Below the pieces are notes generated by a model. The model saw only the letters and a list, made by a program, of their open reading frames with translations, was not told the DNA's origin and ran no database searches. A DNA stretch of 64,000 nt, from IMG/VR virus record IMGVR_UViG_3300017912_001273, positions 32,102-96,101 of that record. One strand, given 5' to 3'. This DNA comes from a virus (Duplodnaviria; Caudoviricetes). Below are positions 25,831-33,870 of this stretch, piece by piece. Position numbers and translations under genes: made by a program. The stretch's first letter is position 1. Each line of letters begins with the position of its first letter.

Positions 25831-28800
25831 TTACAAACTAAATCCTATACTGTTAAGCCCTGCTCTAACTTGATTATAGTAAAAACTTGCAGTTGAACCA
25901 TTAGTCATATTATTTCTATAAGCAATTCTAGTTGGAGCACCGCTTGACTGATTATACAATGTCTGAGTATTTACATCGTAAGCTGTTGCATCAGGAGCAT
26001 ATGTAAATCCATTTGAAGCTCTACCACCTGTAGCACACAAACCTGTTGCTCCTAATATAGGTTCTAAGTTTGCACCATTAGCTCCAGTTTCTTGGACATT
26101 ATAGAATATAGCTCTGTATACACTATTATTTCCAGCAGCAGTCTCTATACTATTTATATAGCTCTGAACATCTTGTATGTCACTAACAATATCAGTAACT
26201 ACAGTATTTGCACGGTCTGACCAAGTGCCTGCACCAGTTCCAGCAATATTATATACACTAGATTCATCAGCAAACCCTAGTATAACAATATTTTCTGCAT
26301 CTGGGAAATAACCAGAAGAACCTATTGTAAATCCTTCACCAGCGTTTGAAAGATATTGTATTTGTCTTTCTTCTACCATGTGACCCCAATATATATGAGA
26401 GTCATACATATCTTGACCATTTGTAGCTGGATCTGTATTAAAATCTGGTGATCCTTTGACTCCACCTGTTGCATAGAAATCTTGTAATAAGTTTCTTAAA
26501 TTAGTTGAGTCAGCATAGTCTGTATCTTTTTGTGCTTGAGTTGTAGTAAATGTAAGAACTTGATTAGAAGTTGCTGTAATACTATTGCTAAGTTGAATAT
26601 TATTACCACCACCACCACTTACTACAGTAGTTCCAGCTGGTACACCACTACCGCTTACTTCCATACCATTAGTAACACATAAATATGCATTTGATGCTTT
26701 ACCAGAACTATCATTTATTTTTTTAGATTCAACATTACCAGCACCAGCAGCACTAAGATTGATATTTGTTCCACTTTGACCGCTTGCTCCAAGGAAGACT
26801 TTTACTTCTGCAGCACTTACCATTCCTGCCATTACTTGAATAGTAGTATTCATAGATCCAGAAGTATCACTCCAAAATACAAAATATGTATCTTTTGTTA
26901 CTGCTAAGCCACCAATATCAAAACTTTGTGATGCAGTACTTGTTCCATCACTAACATTTAATTGAACAGGGAAATTACCACCAGTATTAGGGAAGGTACC
27001 TGTTAATGTACCAGTACAGTCTCCATTATTAGTAAACGTTAACCAACTTGGAATAGTCTGAGATGGGAATGTTAAGCTACCACAAGGTGTATCTACATCT
27101 GCAACTGTCCAGTTGTATGTCCATGTGTCACCACCTGTTAGGTTAGGGTATGTATTAGCACTTACAGGATCAGTAGATGTCCATTCTGGAGCATCATCAA
27201 CAGCATTAACTGTTACAGTTACTGTAGCTATATTACTATCACAGTATCCGTCATTTGCTTGATAAGTAAATGTTATTGTACCAAAGAAGTTATCATCTGG
27301 TTCAAGTGTAAATGCACCAGTAGCAGCATCAAATGTAAATGTTTTAGTATCATTTGGTTGCTGAATAACAGTATATGTTAAACCATAACCACCATATCCA
27401 TCATCTGAAACGTTTAGAGTGTTTACTAGTGCTTCATCTTCATTAATAGTAAAGCTTAAAGGGCCTGCAACAGGGCACTGATTATCTGAATATATCTTAC
27501 AACATGCATCCCAATTCATTTGCCTTGCTGAAGAACCTGGTGTATCATACATCTCACCTCTAATCTTAAGCTTTTCTCCATATAAAAGAGTTGAGGTCTG
27601 ATATCCATTATCAATTGCCCCAGTCCAACCAGTACCTACACTTGCTTGATTCCAAGAAGTTTGATTGAATACTGTGCTGGTTCCCCAATTTGGGAATCTA
27701 AGAACATTATCTGCTAACAAGCTACCAGTCTTAACATTTTCAGCAATTACAAGAACTCTATCACCATCACGAAGCCAATTCATGTCTTTGATATTCTTAA
27801 CAGCTGTAGTTGAGTCATCTAGTTTTACATATGCATTAAAGTTACCATCAGTAGATGCCCACCCATCTGGTGTCATATCTAATGTATCAAAGCCAACTGC
27901 AGGTTTGATTGATGCAGCATCTCTAAACTTAAGAATATTATCATTTGCAGGATCTCTTACAACAACTTGAACAAGAGCATCATCTTGTGCAAGAGTATCT
28001 AATTTTGTTGTACCATTAATTTCAACATTTCCCTCAACAGTTAGATTACCTTGAACTGTACCATCAGCTTCTACTGTAGCATTATTTTCAACAGTTAAAT
28101 CACCTGTAACTAAAGCGTCACCTTGTACAGTTACCTTAGTTGCTGGAGTACTTGCGTCTCCATCTTGTATCAAAATAGAATCTCCTAATGAATCACCATC
28201 AGGAGTCCATAAAGGTAATCTATATACTGTACCACTACCATCTACGTAAGGATCATCTTGCCATGAAAAAGTAGTACCATCAGATATAAGAATCTGACCT
28301 GCAGTACCAATTGGTAGTTCTACTTTATAGTTTGTTGAATCTCCTTGCCATAGTGCACCATATGTAAGTGCTTCTACTACGTCATCATCTTGCCATTTTA
28401 CTCTACCATCAGCTAAACCAACAAGTACTTTGTTAAGGCTACCTATATTACCTAATGAATCATATACAGGGCCTTCTAGTTTTAAATTAGAGTTTATGGT
28501 TGTTGTCTCAGCTGGAGTACCTCCAGGGACATCAGTACCATGTACTACATTCACATTTGCTGTAAAAGTAGTTCCATCCATTGTGAAGTTAGCATCATCT
28601 TCTAACTCACCATTTGGACCTACAATAACTATTCTATCTTCAGTTAGATCTTCTACATTTGCACTAGCAAGAGTAGCTTGATCATCAACATTTAAAGTTC
28701 CAACAATTTGAGTATTACCTGTGCTTACTTGTACAGTAAAGTTACCTTGGCCTATATTAAAGAATGCTCCGTCAAAAGTAAAATTACCATCATCTTCTAG

Positions 28801-29274
28801 TTCTCCATTAGGGCCAACTATAACAATACGGTCTTCTGTAAGATCTAAAATATTTGCTGAGCCAGCTGTTAATTGTAAATCAATGACTGCATTACCATCT
28901 ACATTTAAATTATTATCTACATCTAAATCACCAGCAATATTAATTTCATTTCCTGCTATATTCTGTGATATAATTGTTTTAGTAATAGTAGCTGTTTGAC
29001 AATCACCTTGAAAGACGGGATCAGTCCACATAGTGATATGACGTTCTTCTGTTCCAGTAGGGTCTTGTCTAACCATACCTTCTTCTGTAGCACACTTGAA
29101 GTCTCCCCATTTAATAACAAAGGGCTCCATAGTTGGATTATAAACAGCACCAGTATTTAAAGTACTATTTCTGTACAGCTTACCAAACTCAAAATGATCC
29201 CTAATTTTGTCAAGTTTGATCTTCTTTTTATTTCTCTTTAAGAGTCCTAAGACTTCTTGTGTATATACACTCAT
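25831..29274 (-). CDS. Tail fibre / receptor-binding structural protein with Ig-like and vWA-like domains
   Basis: G/T/N/D-rich; internal repeats; cadherin/Big-like (INEDE...FTYQANDG...SNIATVTVTV) and He_PIG-like (PSWLTF...GTLTGT) segments; C-terminal DTSGS MIDAS. Confidence 0.75.
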   Translation of the reverse strand: MSVYTQEVLGLLKRNKKKIKLDKIRDHFEFGKLYRNSTLNTGAVYNPTMEPFVIKWGDFKCATEEGMVRQDPTGTEERHITMWTDPVFQGDCQTATITKTIISQNIAGNEINIAGDLDVDNNLNVDGNAVIDLQLTAGSANILDLTEDRIVIVGPNGELEDDGNFTFDGAFFNIGQGNFTVQVSTGNTQIVGTLNVDDQATLASANVEDLTEDRIVIVGPNGELEDDANFTMDGTTFTANVNVVHGTDVPGGTPAETTTINSNLKLEGPVYDSLGNIGSLNKVLVGLADGRVKWQDDDVVEALTYGALWQGDSTNYKVELPIGTAGQILISDGTTFSWQDDPYVDGSGTVYRLPLWTPDGDSLGDSILIQDGDASTPATKVTVQGDALVTGDLTVENNATVEADGTVQGNLTVEGNVEINGTTKLDTLAQDDALVQVVVRDPANDNILKFRDAASIKPAVGFDTLDMTPDGWASTDGNFNAYVKLDDSTTAVKNIKDMNWLRDGDRVLVIAENVKTGSLLADNVLRFPNWGTSTVFNQTSWNQASVGTGWTGAIDNGYQTSTLLYGEKLKIRGEMYDTPGSSARQMNWDACCKIYSDNQCPVAGPLSFTINEDEALVNTLNVSDDGYGGYGLTYTVIQQPNDTKTFTFDAATGAFTLEPDDNFFGTITFTYQANDGYCDSNIATVTVTVNAVDDAPEWTSTDPVSANTYPNLTGGDTWTYNWTVADVDTPCGSLTFPSQTIPSWLTFTNNGDCTGTLTGTFPNTGGNFPVQLNVSDGTSTASQSFDIGGLAVTKDTYFVFWSDTSGSMNTTIQVMAGMVSAAEVKVFLGASGQSGTNINLSAAGAGNVESKKINDSSGKASNAYLCVTNGMEVSGSGVPAGTTVVSGGGGNNIQLSNSITATSNQVLTFTTTQAQKDTDYADSTNLRNLLQDFYATGGVKGSPDFNTDPATNGQDMYDSHIYWGHMVEERQIQYLSNAGEGFTIGSSGYFPDAENIVILGFADESSVYNIAGTGAGTWSDRANTVVTDIVSDIQDVQSYINSIETAAGNNSVYRAIFYNVQETGANGANLEPILGATGLCATGGRASNGFTYAPDATAYDVNTQTLYNQSSGAPTRIAYRNNMTNGSTASFYYNQVRAGLNSIGFSL
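28573..28860 (-). repeat. Two ~31-aa intragenic repeats in the fibre gene
   Basis: SANILDLTEDRIVIVGPNGELEDDGNFTFDG (28768-28860) and SANVEDLTEDRIVIVGPNGELEDDANFTMDG (28573-28665). Confidence 0.9.
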
Positions 29275-29284
29275 GATTCAAATT

Positions 29285-29632
29285 TTATAAAAACAGTGCA
29301 GCCAGTTTTACTGAGCTTACAGCTGAGCAAGTTATTTTAATATTACCAGATGAGTCATTAAATGCCTTGGTCTCAAAAGGTCCTAAGAAACCTTCTTCAC
29401 CAGCAGCTAGATTTAAGACTGCATTTTCTTTTTTTAATGTTCCTAATAAAGGATCCACTACAGTTGTAATCTCAGGCACAACAGTTGCTGTAATTGCTGA
29501 TCCACTATCATTTTGTACGTGGAAGAACTGTTTGCCTGTATTAGCAACCTTGTCTCCTTCAGTTACAGTAGGAGTTACGTAAACAGGCTCTAGACCTGCT
29601 TGTGTTATTTGTTGTGCTGTTAATTGTGCCAT
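29285..29632 (-). CDS. Putative small virion protein
   Basis: 115-aa beta-rich ORF in the structural arm. Confidence 0.6.
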   Translation of the reverse strand: MAQLTAQQITQAGLEPVYVTPTVTEGDKVANTGKQFFHVQNDSGSAITATVVPEITTVVDPLLGTLKKENAVLNLAAGEEGFLGPFETKAFNDSSGNIKITCSAVSSVKLAALFL

Positions 29633-29643
29633 AGTTAATTATT

Positions 29644-29841
29644 TTATCCTTTTCTATATCCTTTCTTAAAAGCTGCTGACTGAACAGGTTCTGCTGCTCT
29701 AGTTGACTTTTGAGGAGGATTTAAATTACTTTTTTTAGCCATTCTAATCCTTGCTTCTACTTGCTTTCTATTCTTCTTTTGTTGAATAGCTTGTGCAATA
29801 GAAGTAGGATCATAGTAGGAGTTTTCCATATTATGTTTCAT
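29644..29841 (-). CDS. Hypothetical basic protein
   Basis: 65-aa K/R-rich ORF. Confidence 0.55.
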   Translation of the reverse strand: MKHNMENSYYDPTSIAQAIQQKKNRKQVEARIRMAKKSNLNPPQKSTRAAEPVQSAAFKKGYRKG

Positions 29842-29848
29842 TGTTCTA

Positions 29849-29929
29849 TTATTTACAAGTTAAATGTGAACCATCACAGTTTCCATTTGGATTTTGTGTA
29901 TGTCCACATATGCATTGAGTATTCTTCAT
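29849..29929 (-). CDS. CDGSH-type iron-sulfur micro-protein (26 aa, not in track)
   Basis: MKNTQCICGHTQNPNGNCDGSHLTCK*; fits exactly between ORFs 29932-30138 and 29644-29841. Confidence 0.8.
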   Translation of the reverse strand: MKNTQCICGHTQNPNGNCDGSHLTCK

Positions 29930-29931
29930 GA

Positions 29932-30138
29932 TTAATATCCTTTAGATTTTTTCATTTTTTTCTTTTTCTTCTTCATGGAGCCACCTCTCTTATATTCCAT
30001 TTCTTTTCCCATTGCTGCTCCACCCATTGAGCCGTACATTTCTGTTACGTCTCCACCGTCCATCATTCCTAATAAACCGGCAGTAAGGTCACCATCTCCG
30101 GCACCTCTTGTTTTCATGTATACTTTATCTCTTGGCAT
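29932..30138 (-). CDS. Small Met/Gly/Lys-rich protein
   Basis: xxGG repeats and poly-Lys tail. Confidence 0.6.
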   Translation of the reverse strand: MPRDKVYMKTRGAGDGDLTAGLLGMMDGGDVTEMYGSMGGAAMGKEMEYKRGGSMKKKKKKMKKSKGY

Positions 30139-30150
30139 GATTTCTAAATT

Positions 30151-30621
30151 TTATTTGTTATTACTAATTGTTTTAAATTTTTCAGCTCCTCTGGAACCAA
30201 AATAAGCCACATAGACAGTAATTAAAAGTGACTTGAGTAAATCTACCCAACCACTATCTATACTAAAGTCTATATTAAAGCCATCTAACAAGATAAATAT
30301 AACTAATGAAACAGTTAAAAATATCAAAGTTAGAGGTCTTGTATTTTTAGAAAGATATGAGTCAGACTTCATATCAGCCTGCCATCTCTTACTTACTTCT
30401 TGCTGCTCAACCATATCTTGTTCTAACAGCTTTAATGCGTATTCTTTGTCTTCAGGTGATAGAACTTTAGGATCTTCCTTTTCTATCAAACCTTTTACAA
30501 CACCAAGTACTCCTGCATCAGGTAATACATCACCAACAACACCTAATATGCTAGGTACTTTTTCAGTGAGAAATTGTCCCACCTTGGTTTCTTTAAATTT
30601 CTTTTTAGGTTTTGTACTCAT
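30151..30621 (-). CDS. Holin (3TM / GTA-holin-like)
   Basis: RWQADM...SKNTRPL, two C-terminal TM helices, AYFGSRGAEK. Confidence 0.75.
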   Translation of the reverse strand: MSTKPKKKFKETKVGQFLTEKVPSILGVVGDVLPDAGVLGVVKGLIEKEDPKVLSPEDKEYALKLLEQDMVEQQEVSKRWQADMKSDSYLSKNTRPLTLIFLTVSLVIFILLDGFNIDFSIDSGWVDLLKSLLITVYVAYFGSRGAEKFKTISNNK

Positions 30622-31625
30622 TACGGATATATTTTTATTGTTAATGGTGTTCTATATAATAAATCATCTCCCAAAGTTGATCCTCCACTAGGTGAATGCA
30701 GCATTGAACTAATTTTAAATCCATCATTACCTGAATCATAAACATGTGCATATCCATATCTATTTTTAAACACCATGCCTATATTTATGACTACTTTGTC
30801 TGCGTCAGCAACAGCTGAACTATATGTTAAATCATATAATCCTGCACTTGAACGGGCAAAAGTAAATGTTTTACCTGTTGAATTGTGCAATATATTAGCT
30901 GTTGGAGCTGAACTACCAGTCTGCTCTATCAACATCTCAGCATATGTATATGGTAATGATATGTCAACATGATTAGTATTCTGTGCAATATCTAAAGTAT
31001 TATCTGTTGATCTTAGAGTTCTAAATTCTAAATCAACTCCTGTCTTCTGTTTGAAAAAACCTGCATCACCACCAAGATTACTTGCAGTATTAGCTTCACC
31101 ACTACCACCGCCTGTTGCACTTATAGTAATCTCATTACCACTTTGGCTAATATTAACATTAGAACCTCCTACTAGAGATCTAAAGTTTAATGTTTCACCA
31201 ACTTTATCTTTCCAAATACCAACTCCACCACCTACGTTGGCAGCAGTGTTTGGCTCTCCTGATGTAGTTATCTCTATATAATTATCATCAGCAGATGTAG
31301 CAAGGGTGAGGTTGCTGCTCAGAGACTTCAGAGATCTGTAAAATACAGTACATGTCTCAAGAACTTCATCAGATACTGTTTTCTGATATACTTGACCAGT
31401 GCCAGCAGCTGGAGTAGCTGGAGAATTTGCGTGAGCACAGTGTTCTGCAGCAACCTTAAGATCCCTTACTTTTATGATCTTAATACTTTTATAAGGTATT
31501 GGTGAGGCAACACCCGTCATTTCTGGTTCCTCATTAGTACCTAGGACAAGAACATCATTTAAGTCTGCCTTCTTGACAAACTGGCTTCTCCTTATTAAAC
31601 TTAATACGTCAGTTAAAATATTCAT
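30621..31625 (-). CDS. Fibre/structural protein with internal repeats
   Basis: Two GExNTAxNxGG...LxFRxL repeats; N-terminus resembles that of ORF 25831-29274. Confidence 0.7.
   Translation of the reverse strand: MNILTDVLSLIRRSQFVKKADLNDVLVLGTNEEPEMTGVASPIPYKSIKIIKVRDLKVAAEHCAHANSPATPAAGTGQVYQKTVSDEVLETCTVFYRSLKSLSSNLTLATSADDNYIEITTSGEPNTAANVGGGVGIWKDKVGETLNFRSLVGGSNVNISQSGNEITISATGGGSGEANTASNLGGDAGFFKQKTGVDLEFRTLRSTDNTLDIAQNTNHVDISLPYTYAEMLIEQTGSSAPTANILHNSTGKTFTFARSSAGLYDLTYSSAVADADKVVINIGMVFKNRYGYAHVYDSGNDGFKISSMLHSPSGGSTLGDDLLYRTPLTIKIYP
31014..31259 (-). repeat. Two 29-aa intragenic repeats
   Basis: GEPNTAANVGGGVGIWKDKVGETLNFRSL (31173-31259) and GEANTASNLGGDAGFFKQKTGVDLEFRTL (31014-31100). 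Confidence 0.85.
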
Positions 31626-31798
31626 TATCCACTGTATGTATTATGGGTACCTCCACCTAACTTAGCTTTCTTACCACCCTTATTATATTTTTCTAACATA
31701 GACTTTTCCATTATCTCATCAAGCTCACCACCCTTGCCTAAAAGTAATTTAAACTTTTGTCTACTCATTTTTTGCTTTGGTAACTTCTTATGTTTCAT
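31625..31798 (-). CDS. Basic micro-protein with KGG repeats (57 aa, not in track)
   Basis: MKHKKLPKQKMSRQKFKLLLGKGGELDEIMEKSMLEKYNKGGKKAKLGGGTHNTYSG*; TAATG coupling. Confidence 0.6.
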   Translation of the reverse strand: MKHKKLPKQKMSRQKFKLLLGKGGELDEIMEKSMLEKYNKGGKKAKLGGGTHNTYSG

Positions 31799-31801
31799 CT
31801 T

Positions 31802-31945
31802 TTAGATATCTAACGTTAATGTTATAAATAACAAATACAGCTTGAAGGTATAATAATTATTCCTTTCATCTGGTTTGATACACTCCCATCCCAAAGCCAA
31901 TCTATCATGCGGCCAATGGAATGCTATTTCTAAATGCCAATCCAT
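31802..31945 (-). CDS. Aromatic-rich micro-protein (47 aa, not in track)
   Basis: MDWHLEIAFHWPHDRLALGWECIKPDERNNYYTFKLYLLFITLTLDI*. Confidence 0.6.
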   Translation of the reverse strand: MDWHLEIAFHWPHDRLALGWECIKPDERNNYYTFKLYLLFITLTLDI

Positions 31946-31947
31946 GT

Positions 31948-32052
31948 TTACTTTTGCTTAGAGTCTTTCTTAGAGCATACACCCTCACGGCAGTGCCCCA
32001 AACAGACTTTACCAAAAGTTAACCATTTTATTAGTACGCATATGTTTCTCAT
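31948..32052 (-). CDS. Cys-rich micro-protein (34 aa, not in track)
   Basis: MRNICVLIKWLTFGKVCLGHCREGVCSKKDSKQK*; ATGA coupling. Confidence 0.55.
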   Translation of the reverse strand: MRNICVLIKWLTFGKVCLGHCREGVCSKKDSKQK

Positions 32053-32183
32053 CTTCCTTGACCTCTATATGGTTTAATATAATTTTTACTTCCTTTCCCC
32101 TTACTGGTCTTAGTTTTAGCATGAACACCTGGCCTTTTTTTCTTAGGAGGCTTCTCATATGCTTTTACTACGTATCTAGCCAT
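32049..32183 (-). CDS. Basic micro-protein ending YRGQGR (44 aa, not in track)
   Basis: MARYVVKAYEKPPKKKRPGVHAKTKTSKGKGSKNYIKPYRGQGR*. Confidence 0.7.
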   Translation of the reverse strand: MARYVVKAYEKPPKKKRPGVHAKTKTSKGKGSKNYIKPYRGQGR

Positions 32184-32424
32184 TTTTCTTTCTGCCTTTT
32201 CTTGCTTTACCTTTTAAAGCATCATCAATATCACCAAGTTGATTACCAACTTGTTTTATAGCCTTACCAACATCTGCTAACTCAGCTGCAGTAAGTTTAT
32301 ATCTCTTCTTGATTTCTTTCAGTGTCTCCACTGCTTTTTCATCAATAGAAGTTTTAGACCATAAGCCTACCCAATAGTCCTGTGGGCTATAGGTCCAAAT
32401 AATATTTACAAATTTTTTAAACAT
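32176..32424 (-). CDS. Hypothetical protein (start likely ATG 32424, not 32550)
   Basis: MFKKFVNIIWTYS...; the longer track start runs through promoter-like DNA. Confidence 0.6.
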   Translation of the reverse strand: MFKKFVNIIWTYSPQDYWVGLWSKTSIDEKAVETLKEIKKRYKLTAAELADVGKAIKQVGNQLGDIDDALKGKARKGRKKNG

Positions 32425-32443
32425 AATAAAGTATTTTAATAGT

Positions 32444-32551
32444 ACTATATGAATAATATACAAATTTTGTATCACTTTAGCAACAGAATACGGCATATAA
32501 ATGCTATATTTGTGTGGCTGAGGCAGATACGGTATATACATAATATACAAA
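32444..32551 (-). promoter_or_regulatory. Tandem putative late promoter motifs (TTTGTATATTATnnATATA)
   Basis: On the - strand, TTTGTATATTATTCATATAG (~32445-32464) and TTTGTATATTATGTATATAC (~32532-32551), upstream of the - strand structural operon. Confidence 0.5.
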
Positions 32552-32585
32552 AATTATGTGAAGTTTAACCTTAAGAATTGAATAT

Positions 32586-32774
32586 ATGGAACAACCTAAT
32601 CCTATGACATTTAAGCACAAATTTAGTTTGGAAATTTTACCAACTGAAAGTTTATTGGGTGTTAAAATTATTAATTGTGAAGTCTTGTGTGATGATAAAC
32701 AATATCATCATGTAGTAGGCTTTGAATTAGGATTTATATTTTTTACTATCTCTTATGTAAATTTAATTAATTAG
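32586..32774 (+). CDS. Hypothetical small protein
   Basis: 62-aa ORF; TATATTTG element at 32505. Confidence 0.55.
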   Translation: MEQPNPMTFKHKFSLEILPTESLLGVKIINCEVLCDDKQYHHVVGFELGFIFFTISYVNLIN

Positions 32775-32818
32775 ACTTTTATGTCTCCTTAATTTTTCTT
32801 ACATTATAATTACTTGAC

Positions 32819-32853
32819 AGCTGCACTTTCATCAGAGAGGGTGCGGCTATTTT
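32819..32853 (+). other. Stem-loop upstream of the RNR operon (terminator or 5' UTR structure)
   Basis: agctgcactttc-atcaga-gagggtgcggct followed by atttt. Confidence 0.5.
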
Positions 32854-32878
32854 ATCCTATAACCGTAAATATATTATT

Positions 32879-33859
32879 ATGAACAAAAACATTTTCAAAC
32901 CCAGAGTAAATATTCTGCCTTATGAATACCCACAATTATTAGAATATAAAGATGCAATAAGACACTCTTATTGGATAGATACAGAATTTAATTTTACAGA
33001 AGACGTACAAGATTTTAAGATTCATATTACTCCTGGGGAGAAAGATGTTATTAAAAAAACAATGTTAGCAATTGCACAGATTGAAGTTAATGTAAAAACT
33101 TTCTGGGGTGATCTATATAAACGCATGCCTATCACAGAAATTGGTGATGTAGGTTTTACTTTTGCTGAGTCAGAAGTAAGACATAAAGATGCATATGCAA
33201 GACTACTAAGAATTCTTGGACTAGAAAAAGAATTTGAGAATGTAGTTGAAGTACCAGCTATTGCAAATAGAATTAAATATTTAAAGAAGTACTTAGACGG
33301 TACAAGATCTAGAGATAATAAAATGTACACTAAGTCTGTATTATTGTTCTCACTCTTCATAGAACATGTTAGTTTGTTTAGTCAGTTCTTAATTATGATG
33401 AGCTTTAACAAAGAAAAAAATGTACTTAAGGGTATCTCTAATGTGGTTGAGGCTACTAGTAAAGAAGAAGAAATACATGGTAACTTTGGTGCTGAGCTTA
33501 TTAATATAATTAAAAAAGAGAACCCGGAGTGGTTTGATGAAGATTTTGAAGAGTTAGTATATTCTGCATGCAGAAAAGCTTACAGTGCTGAGTGTGGTAT
33601 TCTTGATTGGATATTTGAGAGTGGTGAATTACCATTTTTACCAAAGTATACTATTTATAATTTTATTAAGAATAGATTTAATAATTCACTTGTAAAGATT
33701 GGAATGTCTCCTATCTTTACGGTTAATAGTGAAGCATTAAAAGTAACTGAGTGGTTTGATGTTGAGATTACATCTACCAAGGAAGGAGATTTCTTTTATA
33801 AGAAGTCTGTAGACTATAATAAGAAGAGTAAAAGCATCACAGTTGATGACTTATTTTAA
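32879..33859 (+). CDS. nrdB: Ribonucleotide reductase class I, beta subunit
   Basis: Di-iron motifs ESEVRHKDAY, IEHVSLFSQF, EEEIH; C-terminal DFF...DY. Confidence 0.93.
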   Translation: MNKNIFKPRVNILPYEYPQLLEYKDAIRHSYWIDTEFNFTEDVQDFKIHITPGEKDVIKKTMLAIAQIEVNVKTFWGDLYKRMPITEIGDVGFTFAESEVRHKDAYARLLRILGLEKEFENVVEVPAIANRIKYLKKYLDGTRSRDNKMYTKSVLLFSLFIEHVSLFSQFLIMMSFNKEKNVLKGISNVVEATSKEEEIHGNFGAELINIIKKENPEWFDEDFEELVYSACRKAYSAECGILDWIFESGELPFLPKYTIYNFIKNRFNNSLVKIGMSPIFTVNSEALKVTEWFDVEITSTKEGDFFYKKSVDYNKKSKSITVDDLF

Positions 33860-33870
33860 AACCAAAATAA

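Noticed and set aside
32425-32550. N-terminal extension of the 124-aa track ORF 32176-32550
   Set aside because: Runs through promoter-like motifs and repeats; ATG 32424 has the better A/T-rich start context.
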